DNA of 64,000 nt from Balanoglossus misakiensis. Lineage: Eukaryota > Animalia > Hemichordata. Positions within the stretch are counted from its first letter, which is position 1, and every line of letters starts with the position of its first letter. Below the pieces are notes generated by a model, which worked only from the letters and a program-made list of their open reading frames with translations, did not search any database and was not told the DNA's origin. Where the stretch lies: assembly GCA_040954595.2 (NCBI GenBank), contig CM082576.2, positions 2,144,760 to 2,208,759 on the forward strand, given 5' to 3'. Shown in pieces: positions 54,001 to 64,000 of the stretch. The position numbers and the translations under genes were made by a program.

Positions 54001-56899
54001 ATTAAGCGAACAATTTCGAGCTGGAAAATTTGTCTTAATATCTGCGTCTCCTGTGTAATGGTCTCACACACAGCTCCTAACGAATTAAATAAAGCTTATC
54101 ATTATCGCGATGAATACACCTGAAATTGATGGCTTATTTCTAGATCCGTTTAAATCATCGACGGCTTGTTTGACTCTGATTGAGAAGCGCGTTTCGTCAC
54201 AATTTGCGCGATGCACAGATTGGTTTCAACGCGTCAGGCGACAGGTGAATCAAATTTTAAGACGGCACACGATCATTGTGGCAGATTTCTTCTCTTTTCT
54301 AGAGTTAGAATAACCCCCAAAATTAAACTATGGGGTTTCGAACGCCAATTAATTATTGGTACAAAATGTTAATTATTTTCAACATAAAACTCAGTCGTCT
54401 CCATAAATAACCAGAGGAAATTGAGTGGGGTCGCCTATGTTGTTTACCATCGACATGCCTATAGAAGAAGATCTGGGTAATCCTAATTAAAACTGTTCTT
54501 AGTTTCTTGGTACGTGTCCTGCTCTGATTCACACCGACAAAATGAAGAAGCACAGGCCCTGAGTATCCCGCGGCGAAAACCTGATTGCTTTCAGTTTAGG
54601 AGACAATTTCCTGATCGCATACGTTCATCTAAGCCGTCAGAATGGATTTTCGAATAACGCAGTCTACATTCAAATAACTTGCAGATAAGACTTGACTTCC
54701 TGTTGGTAATTAGGCTATTCAGCGCGACACTGAGCGCTTTGTAACGCAACCTGTTGATTTTCACACGATGGGTGTGTTAGTGGAACTGAAACATCCCCGT
54801 AAACTAATGATAGTTCCCTCGTGTACAGATTTGTCCATAAGTCAGTTCGTCCCGACGTGATGGGAATTACAGAATTAGGCCTACACAAAATTTTCGCGTT
54901 AGTCTCAAAGACAAGACCCTCGATTTTTCAAGGGTCTGTGGTTTGCAGGAACTTGCACACCAAAACTGATGTGACAAGTCGTGTTACTACCAATTTAAAT
55001 CAAATTGATGCCGCTTTAGACGAACCGTGTTCATCATAAGTTCCCATGGAAACAAAAATAGTAACGACGTGTATCTACATCGCCGTAAACCACGAGCCTG
55101 TACATGCATTACCGAAAAGTCCTCTTTTTATGCTACGAAAGGCGTGAAATTGGAAGGTTTTGTTTCCAATCAGATGTCATGGACAGCTTGGTAGATGTCT
55201 TATTTAGTTTGTATTGCTTGTATCAGTCCTCGTACTTAATCACTTCCCGGAATGTCATCAGTATTTTGGCGGGAGTAACCAAGCACAAATAACAGTGTAA
55301 TTTTGGATACAAGACACATTCCCAATTCTTTAAGTGAGCGATACACAATTTCACTTACCGGAAAAAGATCGTTTCACGCCGCAGTTCCGATAAAGTCAGT
55401 CACATAGGCACGATAGCTGCAGCAGCTGAAACACCGCGGAGAATCCATTTCCCCCGGGAAATCAATATCGTTTTCAGATTAGCTGAGTTTGTAACTCGCC
55501 ATTGTTATCAGTGTAAACAGGGGACAATAAAAATGCAACTGGGGACATGCACCCTACATCTAAATCAGGCGCATTGGAGAATGGAGAACTATAAAAGAGT
55601 CGACAATACAAACATTTGTACACATTTACATCCATAAACCTTATATGCAACAACAAATAAAGGACACTTTTTCACTCAGAATCTTAATGCATCTGCTTTG
55701 TACGAACTGCTACTGGTGTGTACTTCACCCACAATGAACCATCTGGATTGTTGAGAGAGAATTTCTTATATAAACCTGTTGAATGAAATCTTTCATGCAG
55801 TTGAATTTCATTACATAAGGCATACCCATCTTACCTGGACACACACCAACACACGCATTCATGTGTTCACACATTCACACTAGATGGCTTTGCTGAACTT
55901 GTACCTTAACATCCAACACACAGGGTCTTTGTGTTTCTTCAGATGGTGCAAGACTGACAAATCCTGAGTGTTCCTTCATTTGCGATTGGCACCACATGGG
56001 TATAACAGGCGATGGCTGACAGTGTTTGACGCACAATGCTGCAAACATAATGTCACACAACAGACGTTGCACAGAAGGGGATTTTGTGTTTTATTAAAAG
56101 TAAACTTCACTGGCATTACATCTGAAGGTGGCAATAGGTGCTGAAAGTACACGACTCATTGTGGGAATTTTAACTGCCTTAAATAGATTTTTTGCTACCT
56201 AGGGTTTCTAGGTTACATGACTGTGAGCAAGCATGGAATGTTGGATAAAAGAAAACCTCAGCACTGTGGTCTGACAAGTTCCTAATCTCTTCCTTTAGGA
56301 AGAACATTCTCAGTAACTGAAGTCCAGATCAGACTTTGAACATAGTCAGTTCTGAATTGAAACATCAGTGGCAGTGCATGCACAGAGTTAAGAAAGTTTC
56401 ATTGACTTGGCACGCCACAGACATGTGATTGGCAATGCCTTCTGGAAGCAGACTACTGAGACAAAACTTATTTTTTTACAATAACATTTAAAAAAAAAAT
56501 TTGAATTTCACGTTTACAATTCCACAGGTTAGTCTTGAAAGAAAAAAACGTCTGTAAATCCAATCCATTCTTTTAATAATGATTTAGAATATCTTGGTAT
56601 GATCTTCATAAACTACAAGACTATATTGCACATTATCTTATTTTCGCTTTCCAAACAGTGGGCTATTTTAACTATAGGTACATATATTATTATTTTTATC
56701 ACTTCTTTCTACAGCTTGGCCATCCTTTCGTCAATACTTTTACTGCAAGGCTATACATGGCATTTCTGTTTCATCAACTACAGAGTCTGTGTCTCGTGTG
56801 ATGAACTGCTTGGACAGAATTAGCTTTGCAATATGTCTACAGCTTGGCAACATATCAGCTTGTCTATTGCGACTGCTGTGTTTCAATCTTGACATGTTT

Positions 56900-59800
56900 C
56901 TACTTCAACTGCTGGGCAATCTTGGCAGTTTTGAAGTCTGCTCGGAGTCCAATAAATGATGTCACAGTCGCCCTGTCGATACCGGCCTATGAATGAAAAA
57001 TAATTTGTTAGAGCTTGAGCTGATAATAAGAGACCGAGATTTCAAGTTCGTCAAGATTTTGCCTTTTGATGCTTATATGTTTAGGCTCCAAATGTGATTC
57101 TCACATAGGGACTTCTTAGTCCCTCTCACATCAAAAACAATGCTTGCCTCGAGCATGGACAAAGGCAACGAAACACAGTGACAAAAAGTGCAAATGCATT
57201 TTCTCATCAAATCAGATCATTATCCCAGCAAATACTTGTCATTTTCCTACACGTTTCCACTCTCATGGTTTCTGTTAAGACCCACTCCCGGCAAAGATCT
57301 CTGCTGTCGACAGCAGCTCAAAACCTCCTCAAGATACACAATTCAATGCAGTGCACTCAAAAAGCCCTGGTTAAAAACTCACACCTACCCCAATACAGTT
57401 TAAGTGTTAGAATCAGAGCTCCCCTAATGAAACTGCCGCACTCAAACAACAAGCTTCTATGGCGGATCATGATCCACTTAGACGTTTTAATAAAAAGAGG
57501 TTGAAATCGCCACTTGAGGAGATCTTGGAGTGTCCTTGCAGCAAATGGCTTGTTTTGGTGCAAATTACACTTTGGTTTGCCGCCAAACACAAAACAGCCA
57601 ATTCAAAACTGGAATGTTTGAACACCTGTCATAAAAACCTTAAGTTGCTTTTTTCTGATTTTGTTCAATGCTATCAAGTTTACATTAATGAAAATAGTGG
57701 AGGAAATAAGACATTTGTTTTTTCTTAGCGCCAGCCAGCCAAGTCCAACCTGTAGCAATTAATAATCATGCTCTATTATTTATAATAAATGCCAACTTAA
57801 AACACACCATCACTTTTATATTCAAAATGAGCTCTTTTATTTTTGCTAAAGAACCACCATGTCTTTCACTATTATGCGGGGCTGTTTCACAGAATTTATG
57901 ACTTCCAAAGTTGGGAACTCATTACTCCCTTAATGGCGTCAACCGATGCCGTATTTATTGAACAGTGCGGTTGTTGTGGATAATGACAGGAAATTGAATG
58001 CTACAGAAGTCACACCACTTTATTTTGTCCATTTCTCAAATTAGACGCTGACACTTTGTTCTGATTCCACCACTCTTCAGAGAGCGACTTTGGGGAGGGA
58101 AAAAAAGTCGAATTAATGATTTGTGTCGCAGATATAGCACGTTGTGTTGGCTCAATGAGTCTGCCGTCTGGTCATTAAGACATAGGTGGGTAAATTAAAT
58201 AGGTTTTCAAAGCTGATCAAGTATCCAATATATGCCACTCAACACTGAAATTATAGGCCAGTTTATGCTGAGTGAAAAATCCCTCGTGAATCTGAAAATG
58301 TTACTTTGTGATTTTACAGCCTTTTTTTCATCGCAAAAAGTGCAAGCCTTTCATTACTAATTCCATGTTCTAGGTTACAGTAGTAATAGTATCCATTTCG
58401 GATGGTAGATGTGTGGATATTAAAAACTTCAGTTAAAAGAATAAATTTTACATATATTATGGAAAGTGGTAGTTTGGTAACAACAAGGAAAGTGATCTCA
58501 GGGTAGATGAATGAAAGCTTATTAACTCACCAACTGTTCTCCAGTACAGACTTGCTTGAGATTTTCAGGTTGAACCACTAGTAGATTACAGAGAGCGTGT
58601 AGAACTTCAAATAGCGACGACACTAATGGACTCTGTAGACGTAGAGGAAACAAATGTGTGGTACTGAGATTAAAAGCAAATCTCTGATGTGCAGATATCA
58701 ATGGCCAGTACAGAAATAAACTATTGAAAGAAAACATTAATGTGTAATAAAGTCTCTGAATTTTGCTTTTTGTACAGAGATGAGTATCAGGGTTGTTATC
58801 TGTATTTCTTACAAAATCTGTCCCTAACAGACATCGGATTAAAGTGGGAATGTTTCAAATCACTAGGGCTGCCCGTAAGAAATATAACACTTGCACTGTG
58901 CAAGGTGACCTTTCCTTTATATGGCCACAAACAATCCAATAATCTCATTTTTTATGCAAACATGTTAAATCCGATGCCTGGTCTCACTAGGAGATGACAG
59001 CGTTGTTTCACTAGGATTAGCTTTGAGAAACAAGTGATATTTCATTGAACTATTAACATTATAATGCTCTTGAGGTCTAATATATTGAACTCTTATTCGA
59101 TGTTACTATGAAAAGCAGCGTAAAACTTAAAATGTATGTCAAGGCACATCTGCCATATTGGATCACATTAATCCCTACCATAAATGAATGGCAAAAATAG
59201 GCAATCTTATATTGACTGTGAGATTTTTATTTTCTCATCCAGACAACGAAAGCCTAAGGTAGGAATTGATGGTTTTAAAAATTGTCACATCACATCACCC
59301 AGAGGCACACGTATCCCAGACTGAAAGATGCAGTTGTGTCTGCATCATTCCTATTGCACATGATGTCTGTTGGGCTGTTGCTGTCTGCCTCATTCTGATA
59401 AGGAGAGCATGCCAGATTTAGAACTTGACGAAGTCAATATTTCACTCTGTATGATTGCTTTCTCTGTTGCCATGGGTGCCAAAATACATCTTTCATCAAA
59501 ATAATTATGCGAGGACATGGCAACTTCATAAACACTGCAGTAATTTCACATAATATACTTTTGTGTCTCCCAGAATTTTCCGCGGTGTCCTCAAATGAAC
59601 AACAGCTGAACTAGAAAATCGGACTACATGTACTTTAGACCAAGTTTATGGGAAAAAAATCACTTATGTGCAATTTTGTAGTTGTCTTGATGCGACAATG
59701 ACTTTGATAAATTGAATTCTGAAAATCACTTTGGTGATAGACCACAACAGTGTATTTTAGATACAATATTAGGCCTTACATTGTTTCACCTCCATTTTTA

Positions 59801-62800
59801 TGAATATTGAGTCAGTAGTTACAGAGACTTTATTAAAAGAATGAGAAGCGTTTGTTTTCTACAAACCTTAAGCATTTTGACGCATTTTCTGTACTCATTT
59901 ACATCACAGATAGCCAGCATACCACCTGTGAAGAAATAAATAAAACAAACTGTGAAATGGCAGCGTTTGCAAATTAAGAATCAATCAAATTTCCTTCAAA
60001 AAGTTTTGTGACAAATAAGCCCAGTCAATCCAATAGGCAATGCACGGATTTGATTCACCCAAGGATCCATTTCCAACTTTCACTAAAAAATGACTGACAT
60101 ACAGTCTTTTGCCACCTCTGCAGCAAAGTAGTGTCTATTCAACAACGAATACAAATCTCATTGAGGTATCGTTCCAAGTTTACCTACCCACATCATTGTA
60201 CGTAAACTGCTGCAGATGCTCGTAGATTGTACGGTGAAACCGCACCCCGAACTCCGTCAGAACTGTGCTAACATTCTTACCATCCAGTGGTTTTCTGATG
60301 TTTGTGGCTTGTGTGTTCACAAATTGCACTACTTTGCTGCAAGCCTGGAAATGGCAGAAGAAAATTTAGGACTGTGCTGGATAGTCAGATGGTTTGAATG
60401 TATATCTGGGTGATTTGTCCCATTCTTTGTGCAACATCTGATGATAGGATTACTTACATTGGTGTACAGTGTCATTGGCCCCAGCATTTCTGATTCAGGT
60501 TTGAAGTCGGTCTTCTTTTGTTCTGTGCTCAGGATGTGTTTAACATACCCCATCACAGCATTCAACCCTCTGTTTAAAAAAAAACATTCAGGCAGGGTTA
60601 AAATCCTCTTTTCTATAATGTTTCCAGTTTCAATGGTTAAAACTCTGACTTCCGAGACAGACTATTTACCCTAAAGTTGAACCGGACAAGACAAGAGGGA
60701 TGATGCATAAAATATGCATAACATGACAATGTCAACCCACTGTCTGTCTGAATGACAGAGCCTAAATGGATAAACTGAATTATTTGATCAGTGAAATTCA
60801 GTTTCACTTTACCTGGAGGCAACTGAAACTCGCCATTTGCAATGGGCAAACACATATCAGCAGAGGTCATCAGATGTGTCAATTTGAAGAGGACCAAAAC
60901 GCATACAGTGATTTTGCCAACTACTATAGATCTTTTGGCAATGCAAACTTGTCAGTTTGCAGCTTTTTTATTGACTGTTAATTTGGATTGTCAGGAGGGT
61001 TGAGAGTCTGAGGGTTTATACCTGTCAAGTCCAGTGTCTATCTTCGCTTCGATCTGTTCCATGATCTCTCGCTTCTTCTGAACACATTCAGTGTGTTTAC
61101 GGGAAGTACTGCAAAACAAAATAGTTATCATTCAAAGGTATAAAGTATTTCATATTTAGCGAAGGGGACAAGAACAGCAGAAAAAACTTACTTTATTAAA
61201 GGAACCAGAGTATCACTGAACTGCCTCTCCAAGAGATGAAATATAGCATTTGCTTCGCCAACAACGTCAAAGAAATAAACCTTAGGTGGGGCTTTAGGGT
61301 CCGGTGGAGGGATACCTGTAGAAAACACACAGAAGATTTAGACAACTGCTTGTGGGTTCTACACAAGAGCCGACTGATACATTACACTCTTTCATCAGTT
61401 CCACCCTCTACAGTCGACTATAGATTTCCTATTGTGACTGAAAATATGTTTTTTTGATCACTTTACAGAAATCTCTCCCAGCAATCCATTACAGATCAAA
61501 AGCAATTCAGTCAAGGTCAAAGTCAAATTCAAATCTTCCTTTCAGAAATATATAAGGAAAATGAACATTAATGCCAATGGTTGAGGGCATAAATTCAATA
61601 AATGGAAGTCTCTTATTCTGTGCCCATTGTTACCATCCAGAGAAGATTTATTTTTTAGAGGAATTAAATACTGGTTTGTAATGTGAGATAGAAAATGAGG
61701 TATCTAGTATGAAAAATTTGCGTCAAGGTTTGGTCGGGAAATGCTAAGCCCCTCGGATCTGTGTAGTTACAATTACGTGGGAGTCAAGGTAAATGGCAAA
61801 CGATACTCCATAGTGAGAATACATGCCTGTAGTTTGCAATAAGCGGTTAAAATGACAAATGTGAAAGAATAAAAAGCAGAAGTGAGAGCGGTTTGGTACC
61901 AATTACTGATTAGTCACATCTCCCAGTGATATTCAGGCTCTGTCGTATTCAATCATATCCACTCCCCCAGAAATCTGTCCTCCTCTGCTTCAGCTGTCTC
62001 AATTGACCTGAACTTTAATTGGCTGAAGAGGTTGATCACGAAATATGACAGCCCACCCACGCGACATGCGGCGCGCAAATCCCCCTGGAAAGTGGCAATA
62101 ACATCACCAGGTGTAAATTGTTTTTATATGATAAATTTGTGCGATTAAGCTGCCAGTCAAATTAAATCTGTTTTTTATTGGACCTGACATGCATTATAAA
62201 AAGGGTGGTCTTTCTGTGTGCCTGGTGAAGTCAAGCCTGAAAATCTTGTGACTGAAATATGCATGCAGCTGGTTGATATTATCGAGGGGAAGTTTTGAAT
62301 TCTGTCAGTATGACACTATGAAGTGACCATGGCAAGCCAGCAAACACACTCTGTGAAAACCGAAATGTCAACCCCACTGAAATGTCGCCCTAAAGAAGAA
62401 TTTCAGTGGTCTACTTTATTCCATTTTAATGGCTGCAAGATACTTTGTGTTAAACAACCTCTGTATTGAAAGTAGGTTGAATGCCGATTTGCCAATTTGA
62501 ACTCAAAGCATTCATTTGGAGATAGCTTCTCATTTTTCCCACCCATACATGTATCTCTTAACATTAGTAACTTATGACCATTTTTTATCATCTTGAAATT
62601 GAGATCTGGGTTTACAAGAAAGTATCATAAATTTGTAAGCGAGTCCAGACATAAAAGAATACAACAGTGGGGAAGATTGAAGTCTGTGGCCTACAGTAAA
62701 TGCTGTTCTCCATAAAATGGTTGCTGGAACACCATTGATTTCATTGTAATTGTATCTTACAATTGCTCCCAAAATCCAGTCTGGTTCTGCTTCATTAAAT

Positions 62801-63687
62801 GGGATCTAAGTCGGCACTGGGTGTAGACCCATTAATACGAATCTGGACTTGTAGACATCAAGGCTTTGCACAATTTGCTAACTGTACAAGGGAGTAAATG
62901 TCACACATTCTTCTATTCTTTGGGGAGCTTAATGTTTTCCCATAAAGTCAAGTACTTAGGGACTTTGAAGTTGCAGACGTGTGACATACAGCAACTTTGA
63001 CCTTGTTTGTGTACAGTCCTGTTTGTCTGTCAGGCGACTATCATAAATGACCATTTTATTTCATTTTTGATAATTTTCTGAAAATTTGCTTGCATTTTGT
63101 CATTTTTTACATGCAAAAGTTGCAGAACTGTTTTCAAACAGAATAAATGACAGCATTTGAAGGAATTCTTTGTGAAAAGTGGCGGTAGGCCAGACACTTT
63201 CAATAATGGCTGCAGACTACTCAATGCATTGTGATGATAACACGTGTAAAACAAATCCTAATGGTAAAAGTCACTCTAGCATGTTATAAGAGAACTGTGC
63301 CATGCTCACTGAAGTATCTGAAAACTAATCCAACGAGGATTTTTAGTTTCATCAATATTTTATACGTCAATGATGACTCTCCTGGAAAAATTATGAAAAC
63401 AGAATCAGATATTCAAAGTGTTTTAGCTCCTGTGTTCACACCATGAGTGCGTGTAGTTTTTACAGTAAATTGACAACACTAAAGCTCATTATAATCAACA
63501 TGAAATATATGGTTTGAGGGGGTTCGATTCTCAAACACAGGCTGGGATTAAAAGCCGATTGTAGTTTTTCTATCTCACCTTGAAGTCCTATGTCCAACGC
63601 ATAGTCAATATGTTCATAGCACAAGTTCTCCACGAGAATGTAGAAAATGCTTGTAGCATTATTTGGCAGTTCTGATTGGCTGGACAA
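56900..63687 (-). CDS. EXOC5: Exocyst complex component 5 (Sec10), 3' portion; upstream exons lie beyond the window
   Basis: Minus-strand exons in frame: 63687-63579, 61315-61192, 61108-61022, 60569-60458, 60344-60188, 59925-59867, 58632-58531, 56986-56900 (TAG). Translation LCYEHIDYALD...ECVQKKREIMEQIEAKIDTGLDR...EQKKTDFKPE...DGKNVSTVLTEFGVRFHRTIYEHLQQF...GGMLAICDVNEYRKC...LHALCNLLVVQPENLKQVCTGEQL...LRADFKTAKIA matches the EXOC5 C-terminus. Confidence 0.95.
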
Positions 63688-64000
63688 CTGCAAAGAGGTG
63701 AAATCAGTTTATGACATTTGCACAATCACCTTTTTTATACAATTAATACTTGCCAAAATTTTTGGAGCTAAAATTTTCTTCTATAATTTGCACAATGTTC
63801 TCAGGTTTCTAAAAAAACACACACACACAACTTTTAGTGGAAAACAAGCAAAATCTAATGCTGCTTTTAATAACAAGAAAGCAGATATAATTATGGAAGT
63901 ACTAGTAACCATAATCCTTGGCTGTTCAGATTCATACCTGGTTGTTGAATGATTTGATTGCTTTTGCAATAAATTATTTATTTCTTAATCATAAGTATGA

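Noticed and set aside
62023-62055. CTGAAGA...CGAAA minimal hammerhead-like motif in an EXOC5 intron
   Set aside because: Stem II barely pairs, there is no UH cleavage site (GAC) and no stem I.

Overview
Eukaryotic genomic DNA with GT-AG introns. The gene content points to an invertebrate deuterostome such as a hemichordate, which is an inference. I assembled six protein-coding loci by hand from splice signals and reading frame: (1) the 3' part of an ASPP-family gene (PPP1R13B/TP53BP2 co-orthologue; +, 2820-11893), with a 2.9-kb single exon and two candidate alternative 5' exons; (2) an IBA57 with an uninterrupted CDS (-, 13695-14771), head-to-head with (3) PSMC6/Rpt4 (+, 11 exons, 14930-18397), start codons 158 bp apart; (4) KLHL28 (-, 4 coding exons, 22773-36541); (5) a small secreted precursor I cannot assign to a family (+, ATG 45301): signal peptide, KR, a 20-aa two-Cys peptide, KRKR, then a second Cys loop, in a CpG-rich intergenic block with several CRE and RFX X-box motifs; (6) the 3' part of EXOC5/Sec10 (-, 56900-63687). 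An ASPP intron holds a 2975-bp non-autonomous DNA transposon (14-bp TIRs, 3-bp ATG TSD) containing a promoter-like module, a ~345-bp fold-back MITE, bipartite direct repeats and a decayed acidic ORF. The best novelty candidates are the orphan neuropeptide-like precursor and this composite transposon. A partial hammerhead-like motif lies at 37452-37509. No CRISPR array, rRNA or credible tRNA was seen.
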